The notes under the pieces are model-generated. The model did no database searches and was not told the origin of the DNA. It worked only from the letters and a program-made list of their open reading frames with translations. Of a DNA stretch of 64,000 bases, positions 55,842-64,000 are shown piece after piece. The position numbers were made by a program, and so were the translations under genes. The first letter of the stretch is position 1, and each line of letters begins with the position of its first letter. Source of the DNA: an uncultured Gammaproteobacteria bacterium (GTDB lineage Bacteria > Patescibacteriota > Microgenomatia > Daviesbacterales > UBA10151); NCBI GenBank assembly GCA_964504985.1, contig CAZDFU010000002.1, positions 11,782 through 75,781 of the forward strand. Direction: 5' to 3'.

Positions 55842-57614
55842 CTAACTTTTCAGAATGGCTAAAAATGCCTCTTGGGGGATTTCAACACGTCCTACCATCT
55901 TCATTTTTTTCTTGCCCTTTTTTTGCTTCTCAAGCAGTTTATCTTTTCTGGTTCTATCCCCGCCATATAACTTAGCAGTAACATCTTTTCTAAAAGAAGA
56001 CAATGTTTCCCTGGCTATGATTTTACCCCCAATAGCAGCCTGTACAGATATTTCAAAGTTCTGCCTTGGTAAAACTTCTTTTAACTTTTCAACCATATTT
56101 CTTCCAAAACTCTCAGCTTTTTGCCTGATCACAATTTGAGACAGCGCATCCACCTTTTCCCCGCCAACTAGGATATCAACCCTAACACAGCCTGCTTCCC
56201 TAAATTCCAAAAATTCCCAATCAAGCGAGGCAAACCCCGAAGATACTGATTTTAACCTATCGTAAAAATTGCTTACCATTTCAGATAATGGCATTTCATA
56301 AATCATTTCAACTTGAATCCCAAAATGCTCCATGGTAACAAATTTACCTCTTTTATCCTGAACCAATTCCATAACCGGACCAATATATGTTTGGGGTACA
56401 AAGATTCTTAATTTTACCCAGGGTTCTGAAATTTGGGAGAATTGCTCCAAAGAAGAAGGGCTGGAAAGAGGTTTACCGTCAACTAAATACTCAACTGAGG
56501 GTGCTGTTGCTAAAAGATCCACATTAAATTCTGTCAAAAGTCTTTCCTGAACAACTTCAGCATGCAAGAGTCCTAAAAATCCACACCTAAACCCAGCACC
56601 TAAAGCATCAGAGTGTTCGGGTAAATAAGAAAAAGCAGGGTCAGTCAATCTAAATTTAGCCAAAGCTTCTTTTAATTCAAAATAGTCTCCTGATTCAATA
56701 GGGTAAAGTCCAACATACACCATAGGCTTTACTTCTTTATAGCCAGGTAAAGGTTCCGTATCTAGCGTGGAACTAATGGTATCTCCCACTTTGACTAGAT
56801 CAGGCTCTTTTATACCGGTAGCTATATAGCCTATTTCTCCAGCTGTAAGTGAATCAGTTGCAACCAATTGAGGATTAAAATATCCTTTTTCCAATACCTG
56901 TCCTTCTGCTTTGGTTGCCAGAAACTTGATGAGGGAGCCACTTTTTGGCACTTCCCCTTCAAAAACTCTCACTTGGGCAACCACCCCTTTATATGAATCA
57001 AAAAAAGAATCAAATATCAAAGCTCTAAATGTCCACCTCGGGGGTGGAAGTGTAGCTGCACCTCGGGATTCTGAGGAAGGAATACATTCAATAATGGTTT
57101 TTAATAAATTTTCCACCCCCAACCCTGTTTTTCCAGAAACCAGCAGAATTTCAGATTCATCAAATCCGAATGTTTCAACTAGTTGTTTTTTTACTGATGC
57201 TATATCAGCTTGAGGCAAATCAACTTTGTTGATAACTGGTATTAAAGTTAAATTCTGCTCTAAGGCAGCCAAACCATGGGCCAAAGTTTGAGCCTGAATT
57301 CCCTGAGTAGCATCAACTAATAAAACCGCTCCCTCAACAGCAGCTAAAGCTCGGGACACCTCATAAGAAAAATCAACGTGACCTGGAGTATCAATCAAGT
57401 TTAGAATATAGGGTATAGCATTTAGAGTATAGTTCATTCTTACTGGCGCCAGTTTAATGGTGATACCGCGCTCGCGCTCCAAAGCCAGTGAGTCCAGAAT
57501 CTGCGGTTTTAACTTATCTTTTGGAATAGCTCCTGTTATTTCTAAAAGCCTGTCTGCCAAGGTGGATTTGCCATGATCAACATGGGCAATGATTGAAAAA
57601 TTCCTAATATTCAT
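55842..57614 (-). CDS. lepA: Elongation factor 4 (LepA) with in-frame palindromic insert
   Basis: IRNFSIIAHVDHGKSTLADR, GFRCGFLGLLH, KLYGGD motifs. Confidence 0.98.
   Translation of the reverse strand: MNIRNFSIIAHVDHGKSTLADRLLEITGAIPKDKLKPQILDSLALERERGITIKLAPVRMNYTLNAIPYILNLIDTPGHVDFSYEVSRALAAVEGAVLLVDATQGIQAQTLAHGLAALEQNLTLIPVINKVDLPQADIASVKKQLVETFGFDESEILLVSGKTGLGVENLLKTIIECIPSSESRGAATLPPPRWTFRALIFDSFFDSYKGVVAQVRVFEGEVPKSGSLIKFLATKAEGQVLEKGYFNPQLVATDSLTAGEIGYIATGIKEPDLVKVGDTISSTLDTEPLPGYKEVKPMVYVGLYPIESGDYFELKEALAKFRLTDPAFSYLPEHSDALGAGFRCGFLGLLHAEVVQERLLTEFNVDLLATAPSVEYLVDGKPLSSPSSLEQFSQISEPWVKLRIFVPQTYIGPVMELVQDKRGKFVTMEHFGIQVEMIYEMPLSEMVSNFYDRLKSVSSGFASLDWEFLEFREAGCVRVDILVGGEKVDALSQIVIRQKAESFGRNMVEKLKEVLPRQNFEISVQAAIGGKIIARETLSSFRKDVTAKLYGGDRTRKDKLLEKQKKGKKKMKMVGRVEIPQEAFLAILKS
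57030..57078. repeat. CACCTCGG-type palindromes in frame in lepA
   Basis: tccacctcgggggtgga and cacctcgggattctgagg encode SSESRGAATLPPPRWT in the domain I-II linker. Confidence 0.7.
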
Positions 57615-57622
57615 GGAGATTA

Positions 57623-59263
57623 TTATACAGTGCCTGTCTCTGGGAGCATCTCTTTTGATTTAATTTTAGTTTGAAATTTGGCAACCCCCATAATTAAATC
57701 TGCATAAGTTTTAAGCTCTCCCACCTTTAAAAACCATACCAGCAAAACATAAACAGACAAGGCAAAGATTGCTGATAATCCTGTCATGACTAAAAGGTTT
57801 ATAGTTCTTGTGGTATCAAAAATTACCTGGTCTAAAAGTTTAATAGGAATGTATAATGCCATACCCATAATAATTGTTGCCATAAGCATCTTTAAGAAAG
57901 GAATTAGCACTATGGTTAAATTAAACTTTCCTACTTTGATATGAAGTGTCCAAAAAAGCATTATTCCTGACATCAGAGCAGAAACCGAGTTGGCCAAACC
58001 AATACTCCAAATAGGAAGTTTCAAAACCCATATAAAATAAATACTGAGCACAATGTTTGTCAGAACCACCCCCAAAGATACCAGAACAGGTGTTTTTGTG
58101 TCTTTCAAAGCATAAAACCCCCTGACAAAAAGCAAAGACACTGCCTGAGAAGCAAGGCCAATAGAGAGAAATGCTAAAGTTGCCCCTGTTAAAACAGTTG
58201 CCTGCCAGTCAAATTGGCTCGCCCCAAAAACAAGTCTAACCACAGGAATCCTTATTACAATTAAAATGGCTGTTGCGGGCAGAGCTAAAAATAGGATCTG
58301 ATGCATGGTTGTCAAAAGTGTCACTTTAAATTCCTCAATTTTTCCTCTGGCTCTTTCTGATGAAAGTACTGGCAAGGCTGCCTGGGCAAGCGTTGCCCCA
58401 AACAGGCCTATTGGCACAACCTGTAAGTGCGAAGCAAAAGTCAGATAAGTTAAAGATCCGATAGCAGATATTGATGCTAAAGCTACTCCGACTGTTTCAT
58501 TAATCTGTTCAGCAGCTAAACCTATGGTTCTCATGCTCATTAGTTTTATTATTTCTTTTACACCCGGATGAAATAGTTTTAGAGGAAACTTAAACCTAAA
58601 CCCCATCGACCAAACTAGAGGCAGTTGGATTAAAGTGTGCAAAATTGCCCCTATTAACACCCCCATTGCTGCACCTTTAATACCTAAAGACCCGGATAGA
58701 AATAGTATCCCCAAAATCATCCCTGAGTTGTAAAAGACAGATGCAAAGGCAGGAATTATAAATCTTTGGAAAGATTGTAATATTCCAATAAAAAATGAAC
58801 CCACAGCCAAAACTATTTGGCCAAACAGTATTATTCTTGTCAATTCTACAACCTGTGCTTGTCTGCTTTCGGTAAAACCCGGAACTATTACCGAAGCTGT
58901 GAGAACAGGAGCAAAGATATAAATAAAAACAGTTACAAAAATAAAGATTACAAGAGCCATGTTTAACACTGACCTTGCCATCTCAAAAGCTGCATCTTTA
59001 CCTTTTTCTTCTAAGTGCTCTGTGAAAACAGGGATAAAAGCTACTGATAACGCCCCTAGAATAAGCAGTTGAAAAATTAGATCAGGCAGTCTTAGGGCTG
59101 CAAAAAATATTTCTGTTTTATCAGGGGTAAAAAGATGGGCAAGGAGCCGGTCGCGGACTAGTCCCAGGATTTTTGACAAAATAACTGTCATCATAATAAT
59201 TAATGCCCCGGAAAGAATAGAGGTTTGTCTTGAATACAGGAGGGAAAAAAGATTTTTTACCAT
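57623..59263 (-). CDS. murJ: Lipid II flippase MurJ
   Basis: SKILGLVRD, FIPVF, RGFYALKDTKTP motifs; start MVKNLF. Confidence 0.95.
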   Translation of the reverse strand: MVKNLFSLLYSRQTSILSGALIIMMTVILSKILGLVRDRLLAHLFTPDKTEIFFAALRLPDLIFQLLILGALSVAFIPVFTEHLEEKGKDAAFEMARSVLNMALVIFIFVTVFIYIFAPVLTASVIVPGFTESRQAQVVELTRIILFGQIVLAVGSFFIGILQSFQRFIIPAFASVFYNSGMILGILFLSGSLGIKGAAMGVLIGAILHTLIQLPLVWSMGFRFKFPLKLFHPGVKEIIKLMSMRTIGLAAEQINETVGVALASISAIGSLTYLTFASHLQVVPIGLFGATLAQAALPVLSSERARGKIEEFKVTLLTTMHQILFLALPATAILIVIRIPVVRLVFGASQFDWQATVLTGATLAFLSIGLASQAVSLLFVRGFYALKDTKTPVLVSLGVVLTNIVLSIYFIWVLKLPIWSIGLANSVSALMSGIMLFWTLHIKVGKFNLTIVLIPFLKMLMATIIMGMALYIPIKLLDQVIFDTTRTINLLVMTGLSAIFALSVYVLLVWFLKVGELKTYADLIMGVAKFQTKIKSKEMLPETGTV

Positions 59264-59347
59264 AAAATCAGTGTAGCATTCTTGCTTGCGCAAAGGTAGA
59301 GGCTATGATACCATATCGGAATCCTGATCCGTCGGGATAAAAAAAGT

Positions 59348-59578
59348 ATGCCAATTATCAAATCAGCAATAAAAAAGGTCAGAAAAGATAAGGTAAGAAC
59401 AGCCCGTAATAAAAAAAGGGGGGGTGTTTTAAAATCTTTAGTAAAGAAAGCCCGGGAATCAAAAACAACCAAGAATTTACAATTGGCATTTTCCGCTTTG
59501 GATAAAGCTGCCAAAGTAAAATTAATCCACCCAAACAAGGCTGCGCGCTTAAAATCAAGACTGTCAAAGAAATCTTAA
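59348..59578 (+). CDS. rpsT: 30S ribosomal protein S20
   Basis: MPIIKSAIK, LDKAAK, IHPNKAARLKSRL motifs. Confidence 0.97.
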   Translation: MPIIKSAIKKVRKDKVRTARNKKRGGVLKSLVKKARESKTTKNLQLAFSALDKAAKVKLIHPNKAARLKSRLSKKS

Positions 59579-59622
59579 CTACCCACTACAACCTACCACC
59601 AGCAACCTAGTATAATGTACTC

Positions 59623-60207
59623 ATGCCCAAACAAAAGAGCCTTAAACTTGGTATACACCTGGATTTACTAAGGCCTCAAAGTAATCCTGAACAACTTTTA
59701 ACAAAACTTTTGCGTTGGTTGCTCTCTACCGGTCGCTACATATTTGTCTTTGTGGAAGCTCTGGTTTTAATAGTTTTTATTGCCAGGTTCAAATTAGATG
59801 AGGAGTTAGCTTTAAAAAAAGAAACAATTGAGAGCCAGATTCCCTATATTGAGAGTCTAAAACCTTTTGAACTCTTGGCAAGGCAGACCCAGCTTAAGCT
59901 AACAACTATTTCCTCCCTCCGTAGATCTGGTGCTGACTATCCTCTGGTTTTAAAAAACATTGCCGATCAAACTCCCATGGGGATAACAATCGGCAGTATC
60001 AGGATGGAAAAAACCGCCCAGCAGGTAATTATCCAATTAAATGGCATTGCTCCAAATAATGGCGATTTGGCTAACTTCTTAAGCGGATTAAAACAAGAAC
60101 CGCTCCTTTCAGATGTTAGTATTACCAGTGTTGGTTTTGATAAAGGCAGTTTAAATTTCAGCATAACAGCCAAGTCAAAGGCCTCTGCTGCGGGGAGCAA
60201 TCTATGA
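59623..60207 (+). CDS. PilN-like type IV pilus alignment protein
   Basis: IHLDLL + TM + coiled coil + ferredoxin-like C-terminus; followed by a PilO-like gene. Confidence 0.7.
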   Translation: MPKQKSLKLGIHLDLLRPQSNPEQLLTKLLRWLLSTGRYIFVFVEALVLIVFIARFKLDEELALKKETIESQIPYIESLKPFELLARQTQLKLTTISSLRRSGADYPLVLKNIADQTPMGITIGSIRMEKTAQQVIIQLNGIAPNNGDLANFLSGLKQEPLLSDVSITSVGFDKGSLNFSITAKSKASAAGSNL

Positions 60208-60809
60208 GAAGTCAATCTCAAATCTACTCCAGGTATTTTACTTATATAAAACCCTTTATTAGACACCCTTTTGTTAGAACTTACGGCTCAACGGTTTTTA
60301 CGCTTTTGGTTATGAGCATCCTCATAGTGTATGCCATCAAACCAACTGTGGAAACTATTTTAGTTTTGCAAAAGAAACTGGCTGACTCGAATGAAGTTGC
60401 GGAAAAGATTACCCAGAAGACAAACAACTTATCAAAAGCTCAAGAAAATTATGCCAATTTGGATCCAGATATTAAATCTAAAATTGAGACAGCCATACCT
60501 GATAGCGTTTCACTTAAATCGCTTATGCAGACACTTGAACAAACTGCCAAAAAATATGAGGCTTCAGTTTCTGCGTTGCAAATCCAGCCATTAGTTTTGG
60601 AGGCTAAAACAGATGAAAAAGTGGGCAGTCTTTCGGATGTTTCTTTTACCCTCAGCGCTGAGGGAGAGTATCAAAAAATAATTTCTATATTGCAGGATTT
60701 GATGGTTAGTGATAGGTTAATTTCGATAGACAATGTATCCTTATCAAAGCTAAGCGAAGGATCAGGGATCGCTATATCCCTTTCCGGAAAAGCCTATTAT
60801 ATTAAATAA
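60204..60809 (+). CDS. PilO-like type IV pilus alignment protein
   Basis: TM, coiled coil, AIP, GEYQKI...RLISIDNV pattern. Confidence 0.75.
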   Translation: MRSQSQIYSRYFTYIKPFIRHPFVRTYGSTVFTLLVMSILIVYAIKPTVETILVLQKKLADSNEVAEKITQKTNNLSKAQENYANLDPDIKSKIETAIPDSVSLKSLMQTLEQTAKKYEASVSALQIQPLVLEAKTDEKVGSLSDVSFTLSAEGEYQKIISILQDLMVSDRLISIDNVSLSKLSEGSGIAISLSGKAYYIK

Positions 60810-60816
60810 TTTCAAT

Positions 60817-60993
60817 ATGATAAAAAAAGAATGGTTGATTTTGGCAATTATAACTTTTATCACAATCTCTGCCTGGGTGATATTTGATATATTCCACGCC
60901 CGCGCCCGCGTTGAAATCTCTCCGAAAGTACAGGAGGCAATTGAACCCTTAAACCCAGAGTTTGATATTTCAGGGCTTAAGACTGCACCATGA
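60817..60993 (+). CDS. Small membrane protein (58 aa; missing from ORF track)
   Basis: Manual translation MIKKEWLILAIITFITISAWVIFDIFHARARVEISPKVQEAIEPLNPEFDISGLKTAP; ATGA overlap with the next gene. Confidence 0.8.
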   Translation: MIKKEWLILAIITFITISAWVIFDIFHARARVEISPKVQEAIEPLNPEFDISGLKTAP

Positions 60994-61940
60994 ATGATTT
61001 TCTAAGCAAGTTCAGGATCCCCACTCTTTTAGGACTTGGTATTATAATTTCTGCAATAACAGCAGGTGTATTCTTAGTTTTAAAAGAACAAACTATTACC
61101 TCTCAGGCCTCACCTAACCTGACGGTTCAAAATATCACCCTGACCAACCTTTCGGATGACTCAGCAACCATTTTTTGGCAAACTTCTGCTGCCCTGCCTT
61201 CTTTTATAACCTTAGGTTCTCAAAATCCCAGTGAAACCACCATTTTAGATGACAGAGACACCATTCCCGCCTCAGACAATGCAGGACCAAAGGCCCGTTT
61301 ATTACACTATGCCACCATAAAAAATCTTCTTCCTAAAACAACTTACCGCTATAAAATTACCTCTGGAAACTCATCTTCAGATACTTTTGAGTTTACCACT
61401 GCTGCGCCGCTTAACTTTCAAACAGGACAAAGACCGGTTATAGGGTCTGTGCTTGATGGAGACAAACCGCTTGCAGAGGCTGTAGCTATTCTTTCTATCA
61501 CTAACGCAGCTACGCAATCTGCTTTAATCAAAGAGGATGGTAATTTTTTAATACCTATATCTCAAGTCAGGAAAGCAGATCTTTCCGAAGGCATATCTTT
61601 AACAGAAAACACCACTGCCAAATTAACTATTTTGTCTACAAAAGGACAGGCTGCTGCCATTTTTAGGCTAGCTGACTTTGAAAACGGACTGCCTCCTATT
61701 GTTTTGGGAGAAAATCTGGATCTTACTTCTTTGAAGGAGAATTTAACTAAGTATGATTTAAATGCGGATGGCGGAATAAACTCAACAGATTATTCAATTG
61801 TTTTTCAAAATCTAGGCCCTTTGCGTGAAGCCTTTCCACAACGTAAACAAGTAGGTAAAAATCCTAAAGCTGATTTAAACTCGGACGGAGTTGTTGATCA
61901 GAAAGATTTGGATCTGATTTCAAAACAAATTAACAAGTGA
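60990..61940 (+). CDS. Membrane-anchored FN3-like protein with C-terminal dockerin-like duplicated Ca-binding motif
   Basis: TM; ITLTN..ATIFW..H..IKNLLPKTTYRY; DLNADGGINSTD / DLNSDGVVDQKD. Confidence 0.8.
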   Translation: MNDFLSKFRIPTLLGLGIIISAITAGVFLVLKEQTITSQASPNLTVQNITLTNLSDDSATIFWQTSAALPSFITLGSQNPSETTILDDRDTIPASDNAGPKARLLHYATIKNLLPKTTYRYKITSGNSSSDTFEFTTAAPLNFQTGQRPVIGSVLDGDKPLAEAVAILSITNAATQSALIKEDGNFLIPISQVRKADLSEGISLTENTTAKLTILSTKGQAAAIFRLADFENGLPPIVLGENLDLTSLKENLTKYDLNADGGINSTDYSIVFQNLGPLREAFPQRKQVGKNPKADLNSDGVVDQKDLDLISKQINK

Positions 61941-62570
61941 AAATTCAGCATGATCTTTTTCCATGAGCCCGCTTTTAAGTTTAAAATCTATTTCTAAAAC
62001 ATTCCTGTAAAGATTTATTACTTTATTCTGGGTAAAACTTTTTCTTTGTTTTTCAAGTTTATCTTTGACAAATTGAGGGGCATTTTTGGGGGTGGCTATT
62101 AAATTTCTTAAAAGATAAAAGGTCATAGTAATTAAATAGTGAATATCAAATCCTGCCTTTTTAAGTTTTTCTATTTCTAAAAATGCCTTTTTATCGCCCA
62201 TTACCAGATAATCTAAAAACGGAAAAACTGATACTTCTTTTCCCTCCGGAAAAAATAACATCTGACCCTTTGATTTTTTCAACCACTCAAAGACAGGTTT
62301 TTTCTCTGACACCTCATGATCAAACCAAAGAACCAGGCTATAGGTTGCATAAGCTAAGGGGTAATTAGTGAAGTCTTCCGGAGGGTTTTCCAATATCACC
62401 AATCTCTCTCCATCAAAAATAGACTGAGAAGACAAACATGTTAAAATTACTCCCAAGTCCTGGCCTTTTTCAAATACTGTTACATTATCAGCCAAAAATT
62501 TGCTGCGCAGCTGCCAAAGTTTATTCCTGGAAGAGTTAATTGCTGGCCCGTGCAGAAGATGTAGCATCAT
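61920..62570 (-). CDS. holA: Short DNA polymerase III delta-like subunit
   Basis: LLHG start, SIFDGERLVILEN, IDFKLKSG motifs. Confidence 0.7.
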   Translation of the reverse strand: MMLHLLHGPAINSSRNKLWQLRSKFLADNVTVFEKGQDLGVILTCLSSQSIFDGERLVILENPPEDFTNYPLAYATYSLVLWFDHEVSEKKPVFEWLKKSKGQMLFFPEGKEVSVFPFLDYLVMGDKKAFLEIEKLKKAGFDIHYLITMTFYLLRNLIATPKNAPQFVKDKLEKQRKSFTQNKVINLYRNVLEIDFKLKSGLMEKDHAEFSLVNLF

Positions 62571-63789
62571 ATTCGGTTATCTCCCCTGAAAGTATCTTTT
62601 TAACATAATTATGAATTATAGAAAAGTCATCATCCTGAGAAATTAGAACATAAGCTCCCCCATAATCTTGAACCGGCGGATGTATTAATAAGCGGTTTCT
62701 CCCGTCTGACAAAAGCCCTGTTTTTAAAGAGTCATCCAGAGTAAAGTTGTGTGTTTCTTCTAATTTTTTAGATAATTTATAGAATTCCAATCCGTCTTTT
62801 ATAGAAATATCAGTATCTACACTTTTACCTAAAGCATTTACCAACTCACTTAGTCTGCCGGGATTAAAAAGAGTATCAGTTGATAATATTTTACTTCTTA
62901 CTGCCTGTAAAACCTTTTCCTGCCTGATTGAGCGGGCAAAATCAGATCCCTCACCATTTGTGCCATGCCTTGATCTAACATATTTTAAGGCCGTTGCCCC
63001 ATCCATTTCCGTTTTTCCTTTTTTAAAACTTAGATGTTCATATCTGCAGGAAAAGTATTTAACCCCTTTATCTTCTTCTGCCGAGTCAGTGGCAATAGCC
63101 CCATCAGGCGCAATAAAAACCTTTCTCTTGCCTGGATCAATATTTAACTTTTTTGCCTCTTCATCTGAAAAATCTATCTCTTTTTCCTCAAAGGAGCAAA
63201 GATCATTTTCTTTGCCGGTAATTGGATAAAGGTAATCATCAAAAGATCTTGCCACTTCTACCTCGATCCCTTCAAGCGCATCAACCGCTTGTATGAAACC
63301 GCGGAAATCAATTCTCAAACCATAATGAATGGGTATACCCAATATATTTCCCATCACAGTTTTAGCAAAATCTAGGCCATTATTTTGCAAAAGACCAAGC
63401 TGATAAGCAGCATTCACTTTGCTGCGCAGCTCTGGTAACCATAGATCTCTGGGTATTGAGAAAAGATAAACCTGATTAGTCTTTAAATTATAGGAGGCCA
63501 CCATAATTGTGTCTGTCAGGGAAGCTCCATCATGCGCTCCTCCTGCAATCCCTAAAAATAAAATATTCACTTTATTGTCAGCATTTTTAAATGGGCTTCC
63601 TCCTAAAAGAGGAATATTAACAACAGTTGTGGAGCCTGAAAACGTGGCTAAAAATAAAGCTAAAATAGATAGGACGCCTATAATTAATATAACGGGTATT
63701 AATTTTTTTAGTACGTTTTTAACTCTTCTTGCTTTGCTCCTGTTGTCCTTACTGCCTGTAGACAAATTAATTCTCTTCACAGTCAACAC
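62536..63789 (-). CDS. LCP (LytR-CpsA-Psr) family protein
   Basis: NILFLG, LTDTIMV, SIPRD, KVNAAY, YVRSRH, SDFARSIRQ motifs. Confidence 0.95.
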   Translation of the reverse strand: MLTVKRINLSTGSKDNRSKARRVKNVLKKLIPVILIIGVLSILALFLATFSGSTTVVNIPLLGGSPFKNADNKVNILFLGIAGGAHDGASLTDTIMVASYNLKTNQVYLFSIPRDLWLPELRSKVNAAYQLGLLQNNGLDFAKTVMGNILGIPIHYGLRIDFRGFIQAVDALEGIEVEVARSFDDYLYPITGKENDLCSFEEKEIDFSDEEAKKLNIDPGKRKVFIAPDGAIATDSAEEDKGVKYFSCRYEHLSFKKGKTEMDGATALKYVRSRHGTNGEGSDFARSIRQEKVLQAVRSKILSTDTLFNPGRLSELVNALGKSVDTDISIKDGLEFYKLSKKLEETHNFTLDDSLKTGLLSDGRNRLLIHPPVQDYGGAYVLISQDDDFSIIHNYVKKILSGEITEYDATSSARASN

Positions 63790-64000
63790 TCCTTAACAGT
63801 CTTTATAAACTCTCCTGCATCTAAAGAAGATTTACCAATTAATACTCCGCTGATATTTTCTTGTAAAATAAACTCCCTGATATTTTGGGAAGTCACACTG
63901 CCACCATATAGCACTCCCAAATCCTGGCCATATTTCTCCTTTAAACTTCCTGCTATTTGGTTTGCATTTTCAGGAGTGTCAGGATTACCAGTGCCTATAG
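63783..64000 (-). CDS. tpiA: Triosephosphate isomerase (3' part; truncated by window edge)
   Basis: Manual translation IGTGNPDTPE...VLYGGSV...ISGVLIGKSSLDAGEFIKTVKEC. Confidence 0.92.
   Translation of the reverse strand, partial: IGTGNPDTPENANQIAGSLKEKYGQDLGVLYGGSVTSQNIREFILQENISGVLIGKSSLDAGEFIKTVKEC

Noticed and set aside
36640-62720. Further possible repeat relics in lon (~36650-36685), the FN3 gene (~61266-61295) and LCP (~62700-62720)
   Set aside because: Too degenerate to support without ortholog alignments.
421-63796. Many plus-strand ORFs antisense to core genes (e.g. 909-1292, 6475-6879, 55359-55862)
   Set aside because: Shadow frames of conserved minus-strand genes, with no motifs or start signals.
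1-64000. Alternative genetic code (TGA=Gly/Trp)
   Set aside because: Conserved genes such as rpsG and rpsJ end at TGA at the expected position and have no internal TGA.
63783-64000. Inactive TPI because GGAS reads GKSS
   Set aside because: Only the 3' end is visible; IGTG and YGGS loops are intact, so no conclusion is possible.

Overview
Core-genome window from a low-GC Patescibacteria (CPR) bacterium. The gene repertoire and short or extended ribosomal proteins suggest Microgenomates (inference). Genetic code 11 applies, with TGA used as stop. Almost all genes are on the minus strand. They include the S10/spc ribosomal cluster (rplR-rplC), rpsJ, tuf, fusA, rpsG/rpsL, rpoC/rpoB, mltG-yqgF, a sortase with a baseplate-J-like protein, alaS, ftsK, rnj, a protease-less Lon ATPase, pnp, rpsO, a 1435-aa surface protein, infB/nusA, hrcA-grpE-dnaK-dnaJ, lepA, murJ, rpsT, pilN/pilO-like genes, holA, an LCP protein and partial tpiA. 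I found no tRNA, rRNA, CRISPR array or transposase. The unusual signal lies below gene scale. (1) A tiny 24-bp palindromic element is nested into itself, Russian-doll style, in frame inside ribosomal protein L3, with free copies nearby and covarying stems. (2) Other hairpin and heptamer elements lie inside rpsQ, mltG and lepA. (3) A 73-aa coiled-coil-only GreA sits behind a promoter-terminator leader directly upstream of fusA. (4) The str/S10 operons are interrupted by accessory genes and gene debris. (5) Leaderless promoter geometry is pervasive. (6) A QVLGVSIQ motif is shared by the sortase and the large surface protein. All homology calls come from motif recognition, not database searches.
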